64,000 nt of DNA from Escherichia coli (GCF_003334255.1 NZ_QOWU01000014.1); one strand, 5' to 3'; counted from the stretch's first letter, positions 10,709 to 27,091 are shown. The notes: generated by a model from the sequence alone, not told the origin. Numbers and translations are program-made.

Positions 10709-12817
10709 TTAATTTCGGTTTCGGGTGACTTTAATCACGTCTGGCATCACGCGGATTTTGCGCATGATATTCGCCAGATGCACACGGTCACGAGCGGTCA
10801 GACGAATAAAGGCGCTGTAGACGCGACCATCTTTCTCTTCCGTATTCAAACTTTGAATATTCGAAGTCGTGGTGTTAATTGCCGCCGTCAGGTTTGCCAG
10901 CGCACCCTGATGATTGAACATCTCCACCTTGATTTCGGTGATGAACTCCTGCGCCGTCTCTTTATCCCATTCCACAGCCATAAACTTCTCTGGCTCTTTC
11001 TGGTAGCCACGGATATTACGGCAGGATTCATGGTGGATCACCAGACCTTTACCGGGGCTGACGTGGGCGATAATCGGGTCGCCAGGAATAGGGCGGCAGC
11101 ATTTCGCAAAGGTGATCAGCACGCCATCGGCACCTTTAATGGGCAGATGTCCGTGGCTTTGGGTTGCCGGTGGAATGGAGGCGTCCCCATGTTGCAGATT
11201 TTTCGCGACCACCACGCTCATTGCGTTACCAAGTCCGATTTCTGCCAGCAGATCGTCAAGCGTTGCCAGCTTCATGCGATCCAGCTCGCGCTGAATATTT
11301 TCCTGCGGGATTTCATTCAGCTTACGGCTACCACCCAAAGCATGGTTGAGCAGACGACGGCCCAGGCTTACAGAATCATCACGCTTGAGGTTTTTCAGCA
11401 ACTGACGAATTTTGGCGCGCGCTTTCGAGCTAACGACAAAGTTCAGCCAAGCGGCATTCGGGCGAGCGCCCGGAGCGGTAATGATTTCAACGGTTTGACC
11501 GCTGGTAAGCGGCTGCGACAGCGGGTAAGGCTGGCGGTCAACGCGTGCGCCCACGCAGGCATGACCGATATCGGTATGCACTGCATAAGCGAAGTCGACG
11601 GGCGTTGCACCGGCAGGCAGCTCGACAATGCGCCCTTCCGGTGTGAAAACGTAAATCTCATCCGGGAAGAGATCGGATTTAACGCTCTCGATAAATTCAA
11701 ACGAACTACCGGCGCTCTGTTGCAGCTCCAGCAGGCTTTGCATCCAGCGCTGGGCGCGGATTTGTGCGGTAGTACTGGTTTCGCCGTGCTCTTTATAAGC
11801 CCAGTGCGCGGCAACACCCATCTCCGCCATCTGGTCCATATCTTCGGTACGGATCTGGACCTCAACCGGCACACCGTGCGGGCCGATCATCGAGGTGTGC
11901 AAAGACTGATAGCCGTTCGCTTTTGGAATGGCGATATAGTCTTTCACGCGGCCCGGACGCGGCTTGTACAGGCTGTGCATCTGGCCCAGCACGCGATAAC
12001 AGGTGTCAGAATCATTGACGATCACGCGGAAAGCGTAGATGTCCATGATCGAGTGAAAACGCTGCTCTTTGAGCACCATTTTGCAGTAAATCGAATAAAG
12101 ATGCTTCTCGCGACCACTGACGCGGCACGGTATTCCCGCTTCCTGCAAACGCCCTTCGATTTCAGAAAGAATCTTCTGGATCATCTCTTTACGGTTGCCG
12201 CGCGCGGCTTTCACCACTTCTTTGATTACGCGATAACGGTTGGGATACAGCGCCTCAAAACCCAGCTCTTCGAGTTCGGTTTTAATGTGGTGGATACCTA
12301 AACGGTGCGCCAGCGGGCTATAAATTTCGAGAGTTTCACGGGCGATGCGGCGACGTTTGTCCGGGCGAAGTGAGCCCAGCGTGCGCATGTTGTGGGTACG
12401 GTCGGCAAGTTTGATGAGGATGACGCGGATATCCTGCACCATCGCCATAATCATCTTGCGAAAGTTTTCGGCCTGCGCCTCTTTCTTATCGCGGAACTTG
12501 AGTTTATCAAGTTTCGACACCCCCTCTACCAGCTCGGCGACGCTTTTACCAAAAAGCTGTTCCATATCCTGGTAGGTGGCGGGAGTATCTTCAATCACGT
12601 CATGCAGCAGCGCCGCCATCAGCGTTTCATAGTCGAGTTTCATCTCGGCCAGAATGCAGGCAACCGCTACCGGGTGCGTGATATAGGGTTCACCGCTTGA
12701 ACGTGTTTGCCCCTCGTGAGCATCACGTGCAACGAGATACGCCTGCCGCAGACGCTTGATTTGGTCTTCCGGCAGGTAGGTTTGAATCAGTTGATTCAGG
12801 CTTTCAAACAGATACAA
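10709..12817 (-). CDS. spoT: bifunctional (p)ppGpp synthetase II / ppGpp pyrophosphohydrolase
   Basis: 702 aa ORF; HD domain (HDVIEDT), synthetase, TGS and ACT regions recognisable. Confidence 0.97.
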   Translation of the reverse strand: MYLFESLNQLIQTYLPEDQIKRLRQAYLVARDAHEGQTRSSGEPYITHPVAVACILAEMKLDYETLMAALLHDVIEDTPATYQDMEQLFGKSVAELVEGVSKLDKLKFRDKKEAQAENFRKMIMAMVQDIRVILIKLADRTHNMRTLGSLRPDKRRRIARETLEIYSPLAHRLGIHHIKTELEELGFEALYPNRYRVIKEVVKAARGNRKEMIQKILSEIEGRLQEAGIPCRVSGREKHLYSIYCKMVLKEQRFHSIMDIYAFRVIVNDSDTCYRVLGQMHSLYKPRPGRVKDYIAIPKANGYQSLHTSMIGPHGVPVEVQIRTEDMDQMAEMGVAAHWAYKEHGETSTTAQIRAQRWMQSLLELQQSAGSSFEFIESVKSDLFPDEIYVFTPEGRIVELPAGATPVDFAYAVHTDIGHACVGARVDRQPYPLSQPLTSGQTVEIITAPGARPNAAWLNFVVSSKARAKIRQLLKNLKRDDSVSLGRRLLNHALGGSRKLNEIPQENIQRELDRMKLATLDDLLAEIGLGNAMSVVVAKNLQHGDASIPPATQSHGHLPIKGADGVLITFAKCCRPIPGDPIIAHVSPGKGLVIHHESCRNIRGYQKEPEKFMAVEWDKETAQEFITEIKVEMFNHQGALANLTAAINTTTSNIQSLNTEEKDGRVYSAFIRLTARDRVHLANIMRKIRVMPDVIKVTRNRN

Positions 12818-12835
12818 GGGCGACCCGCTTTGTGA

Positions 12836-13111
12836 TTAACGACGACCTTCAGCAATAGCGGTAACGGCTTGTAATTCAGCGGCTTCCTGCTCTTGCTGTT
12901 CCTGGCGTTCGCGAACGTCGAGGATCTGGTTGTTGATCAGACCTTCTTCGATTTCGCGCAGCGCGATTACAGTGGTTTTATCGTTTTCTTCCGGTACCAG
13001 CGGATCCTTTCCGCCTACCTGCATCTGACGAGCGCGACGCGCGGCGACCAGTACCAGGTCAAAACGGTTACCAATTTTCTCTACAGCGTCCTGAACAGTT
13101 ACGCGTGCCAT
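12836..13111 (-). CDS. rpoZ: RNA polymerase omega subunit
   Basis: 91 aa [34 protein letters not shown]. Confidence 0.97.
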
Positions 13112-13165
13112 ACTTAAAAAGCTCCACAGGTGAAGAAATGACTGGGCATGATACTGAAATCAGGT

Positions 13166-16343
<3,178 letters not shown>

Positions 16344-16633
16344 GGTTCTCTCCCTAAAAATCTGTCTGGCAGGGTAGCGATTTGTGCGCATTGTCACGAT
16401 TGAGATTTTTTAAGGTGAGGGGAAATTGATAACTTGTAGTTATGTGAAATCGCTATTTTCTGTAGCAGAGATGCATTCTTCTGACTTCTTGTCTGAGAAA
16501 ATGCATAAGAAAAAATAGGTTAAAACTGAGGGGGGAAAAGAAAGGTGCAATATTTAGCCATTGTGTTCACTGCACCTGGACCTTGGCTTACGCATCGGGT
16601 GTCTCAATCAACAAAAAGAGTTTTTAGTTTCTG

Positions 16634-17458
16634 CTATTTCTTCTCTGTAATTTTTACACTGTTTTCCAACTGCTTGATGCTGACCTGCGGGGTCGGCAAC
16701 TCCTCAGGCATGGTTCCGCCAAGTTCCTGAATGGTTTGCCTCACCTTGCGACCCACGTCAAAGTGTGTGGTGTTTGCTTGCTGTTTTGAATTCACGCCAT
16801 CCCGCTTGAGTTTTTCTTCTGTTTGGGTAGCTCGAAAGAGATTAGCCGCCAGTTCTGTTGAACCCATATGATCCAGGATCTTCTGATTCTTTTTCAGCCC
16901 CTTCCGCTGATGAATAGCTTTCTGATCTAATCCACCATACAGCCCCCGGTAACCATGATTCTGAAATATGGCGAAATCGATAGCTGTCGCTCCCCCAGCT
17001 TGCTGCGCTGCCTCAACCAATTGTTTGTTATGTTCTTTCAATTCATTTCTCAGAAAAAGACGCTTTTCGTCTTCACGAAGTTGCCTGAAAGCTTCATCGT
17101 CAGCCAGCTCCTGCCGTCGGGTCTGGATAGCAAAATAAGTTTGCCCTGCCGCAATAACCGGTTTCGCAGGGTCGCCGTTTTGTACTACCAGGTAACAGGC
17201 ATAGCGGGAGAGATGAACATCTTCAAGTTCTCGTTGAGCCCCTGAACCTAATACAACCATTTTGGTGGTTTCAACGAAATGGTCAGATGCAGCTTGATTG
17301 CTGGCTTCGCACGCTTGAGTCGCGCGGGCCAGTACCTTTTGAAAATTGCGCCAGTCCCGATAATCCAGTAACGGTGCCAATTCTCTAGCTGACCAAAATT
17401 CTTGCCCTTCAGTGCCATAATGCCGTATTTCTTCAAAAGGTTGATGATGTTCGTTCAT
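16634..17458 (-). CDS. dinD: DNA damage-inducible protein D
   Basis: ORF 16634..17470 (274-278 aa); LexA box immediately upstream. Confidence 0.85.
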   Translation of the reverse strand: MNEHHQPFEEIRHYGTEGQEFWSARELAPLLDYRDWRNFQKVLARATQACEASNQAASDHFVETTKMVVLGSGAQRELEDVHLSRYACYLVVQNGDPAKPVIAAGQTYFAIQTRRQELADDEAFRQLREDEKRLFLRNELKEHNKQLVEAAQQAGGATAIDFAIFQNHGYRGLYGGLDQKAIHQRKGLKKNQKILDHMGSTELAANLFRATQTEEKLKRDGVNSKQQANTTHFDVGRKVRQTIQELGGTMPEELPTPQVSIKQLENSVKITEKK

Positions 17459-17503
17459 TGCCCACTCCATGTGATATCGATTGCAAAGAAAGTAAATCTG
17501 TAA

Positions 17504-17519
17504 CTGTATTTATATACAG
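17504..17519 (-). promoter_or_regulatory. LexA (SOS) box CTGTATTTATATACAG upstream of dinD
   Basis: Perfect CTG-N10-CAG palindrome with AT-rich centre about 35 nt upstream of dinD ORF start. Confidence 0.75.
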
Positions 17520-17613
17520 TTGTGAGTATCTCACGTTCTCAGTGTGCTGGGCAAAAAAACATCGCAAAATCTGGAGCAGGCACGCAAAACAGAATTGAAG
17601 TTGCGGGGAAGAA

Positions 17614-17645
17614 AAATGCCGCTCTGTTTGAGTGGGCGGCATTTG
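17614..17645 (-). terminator. yicC rho-independent terminator
   Basis: Hairpin gccgctc..gagtgggcggc with flanking T-run on minus strand downstream of yicC stop. Confidence 0.5.
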
Positions 17646-17678
17646 TGAAGGCTGAAAAGTAAGAATTAGTGTTACGAG

Positions 17679-18542
17679 TTACTCAATATTCTGAATCTGC
17701 TCGCGCATCTGCTCAATCAACACTTTCAGCTCGATGGCGGAGTTTGTCACTTCGGCATTGATAGATTTCGACGCAAGAGTGTTCGACTCGCGGTTGAATT
17801 CCTGCATCATAAAGTCCAGACGACGACCAACGGCTTCTTTTTTCTTCAGAATGTTGTAGGTCTCTTTGACATGCGCTTCCAGGCGGTCCAGTTCTTCGGC
17901 AACGTCAATTCGTTGTGCCAGCAGAACCAACTCCTGCTCCAGACGGTTGTTTTCCAACTGAACCTGAGCATCTTCCAGCTTCGCGACCAGACGCTCACGC
18001 TGCCATTGCAGGATTTCCGGCATATGGGCGCGGACTTTGACCACTTCGGCGGTGACGCCTTCCAGACGCTGCTCGATCAATGCTTTCAGTGCCTGACCTT
18101 CGGTTTCGCGCGCGACAATAAAGTCGTCCAGCGTACCATCCAGCGCCGCGAGAATTTCAGCGGCAATGGCGTCGAGATCCTGCTCCTGGGCTGCCATCAC
18201 GCCCGGCCAGCGCAGAATATCAACCGGGTTGATTTCCCCTTCGTCACTCTGCATTTTTACCCAGTTCGCGGCAGTTACCAGCTGTTTAGCCAGTTTTTCA
18301 TTGAGGATCAGCTCACCTTGTGCGCTAACATCTGGCTCATAGCGCAGGGTACATTCCACTTTACCGCGCGTCAGGCGAGAACGAATACGCTCGCGAACGA
18401 CAGGTTCAAGGCTACGGAACTGCTCCGGCAGACGAAAGTAAGTTTCCAGATAACGCTGGTTTACCGAGCGCATTTCCCAGGTTGCGCTCCCCCATTCACC
18501 CTTGATTTCACGCCGGGCGTAGGCGGTCATACTGCGGATCAT
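17679..18542 (-). CDS. yicC: YicC-family stress-induced protein
   Basis: 287 aa ORF MIRSMTAYARRE...; divergent from rph. Confidence 0.9.
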   Translation of the reverse strand: MIRSMTAYARREIKGEWGSATWEMRSVNQRYLETYFRLPEQFRSLEPVVRERIRSRLTRGKVECTLRYEPDVSAQGELILNEKLAKQLVTAANWVKMQSDEGEINPVDILRWPGVMAAQEQDLDAIAAEILAALDGTLDDFIVARETEGQALKALIEQRLEGVTAEVVKVRAHMPEILQWQRERLVAKLEDAQVQLENNRLEQELVLLAQRIDVAEELDRLEAHVKETYNILKKKEAVGRRLDFMMQEFNRESNTLASKSINAEVTNSAIELKVLIEQMREQIQNIE

Positions 18543-18668
18543 AGACGTTCCTGTTTATAAAAGGAGAGGTGGAAGGATTATAGCCATCGATGCCTTGTCA
18601 GGATAGGAATAACCGCCGGAAGTCCGTATAATGCGCAGCCACATTTGTTTCAAGCCGGAGATTTCAAT

Positions 18669-19385
18669 ATGCGTCCAGCAGGCCGTAGCAATAATCAGGT
18701 GCGTCCCGTTACCCTGACTCGTAACTATACAAAACATGCAGAAGGCTCGGTGCTGGTCGAATTTGGCGATACCAAAGTGTTGTGTACCGCCTCTATTGAA
18801 GAAGGCGTGCCGCGCTTCCTGAAAGGTCAGGACCAGGGCTGGATCACCGCAGAGTACGGCATGCTGCCACGTTCTACCCACACCCGTAACGCTCGTGAAG
18901 CGGCGAAAGGTAAGCAGGGTGGACGCACAATGGAAATCCAGCGTCTGATCGCCCGTGCTCTTCGCGCGGCAGTAGATTTGAAAGCGCTGGGTGAGTTCAC
19001 CATTACGCTGGACTGCGACGTGCTTCAGGCTGATGGTGGCACGCGTACCGCGTCGATTACGGGTGCCTGCGTGGCGCTGGCAGATGCGCTACAGAAGCTG
19101 GTGGAAAACGGCAAGCTGAAAACCAACCCGATGAAAGGGATGGTAGCCGCAGTTTCTGTCGGTATTGTAAACGGTGAAGCAATTTGCGATCTGGAATACG
19201 TTGAAGACTCAGCCGCAGAGACCGACATGAACGTAGTGATGACCGAAGACGGGCGCATCATTGAAGTGCAGGGGACGGCAGAAGGCGAGCCGTTCACCCA
19301 TGAAGAGCTACTCACCTTGTTGGCGCTGGCCCGAGGGGGAATCGAATCCATTGTAGCGACGCAGAAGGCGGCGCTGGCAAACTGA
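18669..19385 (+). CDS. rph: ribonuclease PH (intact, full-length)
   Basis: ORF 18645..19385; start trimmed to [14 protein letters not shown]; full 238 aa C-terminus ...ATQKAALAN present. Confidence 0.95.
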   Translation: MRPAGRSNNQVRPVTLTRNYTKHAEGSVLVEFGDTKVLCTASIEEGVPRFLKGQDQGWITAEYGMLPRSTHTRNAREAAKGKQGGRTMEIQRLIARALRAAVDLKALGEFTITLDCDVLQADGGTRTASITGACVALADALQKLVENGKLKTNPMKGMVAAVSVGIVNGEAICDLEYVEDSAAETDMNVVMTEDGRIIEVQGTAEGEPFTHEELLTLLALARGGIESIVATQKAALAN

Positions 19386-19392
19386 TTTTTAA

Positions 19393-19418
19393 GGCGACTG
19401 ATGAGTCGCCTTTTTTTT
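19393..19418 (+). terminator. pyrE attenuator / rph-distal rho-independent terminator (GGCGACTGATGAGTCGCC + T8)
   Basis: GC hairpin followed by 8 T, 8 nt after rph stop and about 30 nt before pyrE start. Confidence 0.8.
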
Positions 19419-19450
19419 GTCTGTAGAAAAGTAAGATGAGGAGCGAAGGC

Positions 19451-20092
19451 ATGAAACCATATCAGCGCCAGTTTATTGAATTTGCGCTTAGCAAGCAGGT
19501 GTTAAAGTTTGGCGAGTTTACGCTGAAATCCGGGCGCAAAAGCCCCTATTTCTTCAACGCCGGGCTGTTTAATACCGGGCGCGACCTGGCACTGTTAGGC
19601 CGTTTTTACGCTGAAGCATTGGTGGATTCTGGCATTGAGTTCGATCTGCTGTTTGGCCCTGCTTACAAAGGGATCCCGATTGCGACCACTACCGCCGTGG
19701 CGCTGGCGGAGCATCATGACCTTGACCTGCCGTACTGCTTTAACCGCAAAGAGGCAAAAGACCACGGTGAAGGCGGCAATCTGGTTGGTAGCGCGTTACA
19801 AGGACGCGTAATGCTGGTAGATGATGTGATCACCGCCGGAACGGCGATTCGCGAATCGATGGAGATTATTCAGGCTAATGGCGCGACGCTTGCTGGCGTA
19901 TTGATTTCGCTTGATCGTCAGGAACGGGGGCGCGGCGAGATTTCGGCGATTCAGGAAGTTGAGCGTGATTACAACTGCAAAGTGATCTCTATCATCACCC
20001 TGAAAGATCTGATTGCCTATCTGGAAGAGAAGCCGGAAATGGCGGAACATCTGGCGGCGGTTAAGGCCTATCGCGAAGAGTTTGGCGTTTAA
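19451..20092 (+). CDS. pyrE: orotate phosphoribosyltransferase
   Basis: ORF 19436..20092; start trimmed to [13 protein letters not shown] (213 aa). Confidence 0.95.
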
Positions 20093-20100
20093 AGAAACTC

Positions 20101-20122
20101 GCCGGATGAAAAGTCATCCGGC
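20101..20122. terminator. hairpin between convergent pyrE and slmA
   Basis: Inverted repeat gccggatgaaaagtcatccggc. Confidence 0.55.
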
Positions 20123-20128
20123 GTCATA

Positions 20129-20725
20129 TTACTGCAACTGCGCGGCAATTAGCGGCCAGCGGGCGTCAAAATCATCCGTCGGGCGGTATTTAAATTCGCT
20201 GCGGACAAAACGTGACAGCATACCTTCACAGAAGGCCAGGATCTGGCTTGCCAGCAGGGTTTCATCGGTGGTGTAACCTTCACCCTCACGCATTCTCTTT
20301 TCACGCAATACCTGACGCAGCTGCGCTTCAATACGCTCGAACAGCTGGTTGATACGCCCTTGCAGGCGATCCTGTTCAAACATCAGCGCATGACCAGTGA
20401 GGATGCGGGTCAGGCCAGGATTACGCTCACCAAAACCGAGAAGCAGCAACACAATCAGACGCAGGCGCGCTGTGGTGTCTTTCTCATCTTTCAGAATCAG
20501 GTTGATGCGAGTAATCAGGCTATCTTCGATAAACTCAATCAGGCTATCGAACATGCGGGTCTTACTGGGGAAGTGGCGATACAGTGCCGCTTCGGAAACG
20601 CCGACAGAGGCGGCCAGTTTTGCCGTCGTGATACGTTGGCTTCCATCGCTGGATTCCAGCATCAGCGCCAGAGACTGAAGTATTTCCTCGCGACGGTTCC
20701 TTTTCGCAGTTTGTTTTTCTGCCAT
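20129..20725 (-). CDS. slmA: nucleoid occlusion factor SlmA (TetR family)
   Basis: ORF 20129..20767; start trimmed to [17 protein letters not shown] (198 aa); TetR HTH. Confidence 0.93.
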
Positions 20726-20831
20726 GTTACAAAATACCCCTGAAAATAAGCACTTGCCAGGCGGCACCCACGCTATGACCGCAAACGAAATGTTTGCGGC
20801 TATGTTATGACGTTATTCGGATGCGTATGTG

Positions 20832-21287
20832 TTACTGACGACCAGAGTGACCAAAGCCGCCTTCACCGCGGTCGGTGGCGTCGAAATCTTCCACCAGATT
20901 AAATTCAGCCTGTACTACCGGAACAAAAATCATCTGGGCGATGCGTTCGCCAGGTTGAATGGTGAAGCTGTCCTGACCACGGTTCCAAACGGAAATCATC
21001 AACTGGCCCTGATAGTCAGAATCGATCAATCCTACCAGGTTACCAAGCACGATACCGTGCTTATGTCCCAATCCGGAGCGCGGCAGCATCATTGCCGCCA
21101 GTGAAGGATCGGCAATATGAATCGCCAGCCCGGTCGGAACCAGCGTAGTGTCACCCGGAGCCAGTTCTACGGCGTCGTCGAGACAGGCACGCAGGTCAAG
21201 TCCGGCAGAGCCAGAGGTGGCATAAGTCGGGAGCGGAAATTCCTTCCCAACGCGCGGGTCCAGAATCTTAACGTCGATTTTTTTCAT
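20832..21287 (-). CDS. dut: dUTP diphosphatase
   Basis: 152 aa ORF; start trimmed to second Met ([12 protein letters not shown]); start lies within 3' end of coaBC. Confidence 0.95.
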
Positions 21288-22488
21288 CATAACGGGTCAC
21301 GATCTCGTCGAGTAATAATTGGCCAAGGAGCTCTTTGCGCTCAAGCGGTAAGACTTTATCTCCGTCCTGCCAGAAAAGGTGTAATGCGTTGTTGTCGCTG
21401 TTAAATCCTTGAGTTGGCTGGGAAACATCGTTCGCGCAGATCAGATCAAGGTTTTTACGGATACGTTTTTGCCGGGCGTATTCTTCCACATTATTTGTTT
21501 CGGCGGCAAATCCAACGACGTAGGGTCGATGGTCTTTTAGTGCGGCAACGCCTGCGACGATATCGGGGTTTTTAACCATTTTTATTGTTAATTCATCACC
21601 CTGCGTGGCCTGCTTTTTGATTTTTTCTGGGGCCACGGTAGCTGCGCGATAATCCGCCACGGCGGCGCAACCGATAAAAATATTTTGCTGCTGTACAGAA
21701 GCATTCACGGCGGCTTCCATTTCCAGCGCGGTCATCACATCAACACGTTTAACAAACGGTGGCGTCGGTAGTGAAACCGGACCTGATACCAGCGTGACGT
21801 TCGCGCCACGACGGGCAGCGGCGGCGGCGATAGCAAAACCCATCTTGCCGGAGCTGTGATTAGAGATATAACGCACCGGATCGAGCGGTTCACGCGTCGG
21901 GCCGGCGGTAATCATAATGTTCAGATGTTTCAGGTCGTTGACGGGCGAAAAATGCGCTACCGCCATATCCACAATGGTTAATGGATCGAGCATTCGCCCT
22001 GGGCCGATATCACCACAAGCCTGACTGCCACTGTCTGGCCCCCAGATCAGCAAACCACGGGAAGCAAGCACCTCTAAATTATGCTGCGTGGCAGCGGCAC
22101 GGTACATCTGCTGGTTCATGGCGGGGAGCACGGCTACAGGCGCAGGTGTAGCCAGACAAATCGTCGATACCAGGTCATTCGCCATTCCGGCAGCAACACG
22201 GGCAATCAAATCTGCCGTGGCAGGGGCGAGAATCACTAAATCAGCCCATTTACCCAGCTCAATATGGCCCATAGCGGCTTCGGCTGCCGGGTCCAGCAGA
22301 CTGTCGGAAACGGGATAACCAGAAACCGCCTGCAAGCTAAGTGGGGTGATAAAGGCTTTTGCCGCTTCGGTCATGGCTACGCGGACGTCGGCCCCGCGAT
22401 CGCGCAAACGACGCACCAGTTCAGGGGTTTTATAGGCAGCAATACCGCCGCTAACGCCGAGAACGATTTTTTTACCGGCCAGGCTCAT
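21268..22488 (-). CDS. coaBC: phosphopantothenoylcysteine decarboxylase / phosphopantothenate-cysteine ligase
   Basis: ORF 21268..22560; start trimmed to [20 protein letters not shown] (406 aa). Confidence 0.95.
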
Positions 22489-22653
22489 GATGATTTTTCC
22501 TGTTGGGTGACACCAGAAGTTGGCGATTTTATCACAATACTTTTGTTGTCGTGCCTTCACCTGAGATTCACTTTGCGAGGCTCTTTCCAGGATTGAAAAC
22601 TGGCCGTCGATTTAACGGAACGACTATGACAGGATGCGAGCACCACAAAGGAG

Positions 22654-23328
22654 GTGAAGGTGAAAAACAATGCACAGCTGTTGATGCCGCGCGAAAAAAT
22701 GCTGAAGTTTGGTATTAGCGCCTTAACGGATGTCGAGCTGCTGGCGCTATTTCTGCGTACCGGAACGCGCGGTAAAGATGTATTAACCCTGGCAAAAGAG
22801 ATGCTGGAGAATTTCGGCTCTCTTTATGGCTTGTTAACCTCTGAATATGAACAATTTAGTGGTGTTCATGGAATTGGCGTAGCGAAATTTGCCCAGTTAA
22901 AGGGGATTGCTGAACTGGCGCGACGTTACTACAACGTGCGGATGCGTGAAGAAAGCCCTTTACTCAGCCCGGAGATGACGCGGGAATTTTTACAAAGCCA
23001 GCTCACGGGTGAGGAGCGGGAGATCTTTATGGTGATCTTTCTCGACTCCCAACACCGGGTTATAACGCATAGCCGTCTTTTTTCCGGCACGCTAAACCAT
23101 GTTGAAGTCCATCCTCGGGAAATTATCCGCGAAGCGATAAAAATAAACGCCTCGGCGCTGATCCTTGCACATAATCATCCTTCGGGTTGTGCTGAACCCA
23201 GTAAAGCGGATAAACTCATTACTGAACGGATAATAAAGAGTTGTCAGTTCATGGATTTACGCGTGCTCGACCATATCGTGATTGGGCGTGGAGAGTATGT
23301 TTCTTTTGCCGAACGCGGCTGGATTTAA
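22654..23328 (+). CDS. yicR: RadC-like JAB-domain protein (UPF0758)
   Basis: 224 aa ORF; JAMM-like motif HNHPSG. Confidence 0.9.
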
Positions 23329-23523
23329 CCCGCTATGCGCGATCCTTCGGGATCTTTGTCTGTTCGGGACTTGAGCACATCGCTGAGTCAGCGTATACTA
23401 CGCCACCTTTGAGAATCTCGGGTTTGGCATTTGGGCCTGGCAATCGAGAGTTCACATAGAACTGCGATGACCGGGCTGTAAAGCCTGACGAGGCGCCAAT
23501 ACCCCATACGAAGCTCGAGCTAA

Positions 23524-23781
<258 letters not shown>

Positions 23782-23798
23782 GTACTTAGAGGAAATAA

Positions 23799-23969
<171 letters not shown>

Positions 23970-23989
23970 TTCTCGCTTTGATGTAACGA

Positions 23990-24016
23990 AAAACCTCGCT
24001 CCGGCGGGGTTTTTTG
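23990..24016 (+). terminator. rpmBG terminator
   Basis: GC-rich hairpin (ctcgctccggcgggg) followed by T-run after rpmG stop. Confidence 0.6.
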
Positions 24017-24066
24017 TTATCTGCTTACCCCCATATTGATTGCATCTGTTCATTCCTGGAGATGCT

Positions 24067-24876
24067 ATGCCTGAATTACCCGAAGTTGAAACCAGCCGCC
24101 GCGGCATAGAACCGCATCTCGTTGGTGCAACCATTCTTCATGCTGTGGTGCGCAACGGACGCTTGCGCTGGCCGGTTTCAGAAGAGATCTACCGATTAAG
24201 CGATCAACCAGTGCTTAGCGTGCAGCGGCGGGCTAAATATCTGCTGCTGGAGCTGCCTGAGGGCTGGATTATCATTCATTTGGGGATGTCTGGCAGCCTG
24301 CGCATCCTTCCAGAAGAACTTCCCCCTGAGAAGCATGACCATGTTGATTTGGTGATGAGCAACGGCAAAGTGCTGCGCTACACCGATCCGCGCCGCTTTG
24401 GTGCCTGGCTGTGGACCAAAGAGCTGGAAGGGCACAACGTGCTGGCCCATCTTGGACCGGAGCCGCTTAGCGACGATTTCAACGGTGAGTACCTGCATCA
24501 GAAGTGCGCGAAGAAAAAAACGGCGATTAAACCGTGGCTGATGGATAACAAGCTGGTGGTAGGGGTAGGTAATATTTATGCCAGCGAATCACTGTTTGCG
24601 GCGGGGATCCATCCGGATCGGCTGGCGTCATCACTGTCGCTGGCAGAGTGTGAATTGTTAGCTCGGGTGATTAAAGCGGTGTTGCTGCGTTCGATTGAGC
24701 AGGGTGGTACAACGCTGAAAGATTTTCTGCAAAGTGATGGTAAACCGGGCTATTTCGCGCAGGAATTGCAGGTTTACGGGCGAAAAGGCGAGCCGTGTCG
24801 GGTGTGCGGTACGCCGATTGTGGCGACTAAACATGCGCAGCGGGCAACGTTTTATTGTCGGCAGTGCCAGAAGTAA
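24067..24876 (+). CDS. mutM: formamidopyrimidine-DNA glycosylase
   Basis: ORF 24040..24876; start trimmed to [13 protein letters not shown]; C-terminal zinc finger CRVCGTP...CRQCQ. Confidence 0.95.
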
Positions 24877-24885
24877 TTCATGCGC

Positions 24886-24907
24886 GCCGGATGGCATACC
24901 ATCCGGC
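24886..24907. repeat. REP-like palindrome after mutM (gccggatggcataccatccggc)
   Basis: Perfect inverted repeat with REP-like GCCGGATG arm. Confidence 0.55.
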
Positions 24908-24914
24908 ATAAACG

Positions 24915-26679
<1,765 letters not shown>

Positions 26680-27030
26680 AGTAAATAGCTGACTTATGGA
26701 TGTGCTGGGGATTCTATGTATTTAGCTGTGGCTTTACCATTACTTTTCCCGTTTTTGACTTAAATAGCAATTTACCCGCCAATTCTTGCTGAACATCTAT
26801 ACTTTTTTTGTATTTTTATGCGATTCATTGATTTCTGCTGTACGTGCAGGAAGGAATCGCAGAGCAACAGTGAAAGAATATGGTTGCTAATGATTTTATT
26901 TGATTGATTTCTTTATTGAAAATCAACAATGTGCTTAAAAATCATTCGGGTCGGATTGCCGCGAAAGAAGTGATACACTAGCGCGTCAATATCAGTGCGG
27001 TATCAGTATTCAGGTAGCTGTTGAGCCTGG

Positions 27031-27042
27031 GGCGGTAGCGTG
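27031..27042 (+). promoter_or_regulatory. ops element (GGCGGTAGCGTG) within JUMPStart sequence, RfaH recruitment site in the waaQ operon leader
   Basis: Exact 12-mer ggcggtagcgtg read about 50 nt upstream of waaQ start. Confidence 0.8.
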
Positions 27043-27091
27043 CTTTTTCTGCTTCACCTTAATCGGATAATCTCAACAAAAAGAGTTACTT

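Noticed and set aside
10412-12301. 629 aa ORF on the plus strand
   Set aside because: Entirely antisense to spoT, which is unambiguous; no start context and no recognisable domains. The track has several such long antisense ORFs.
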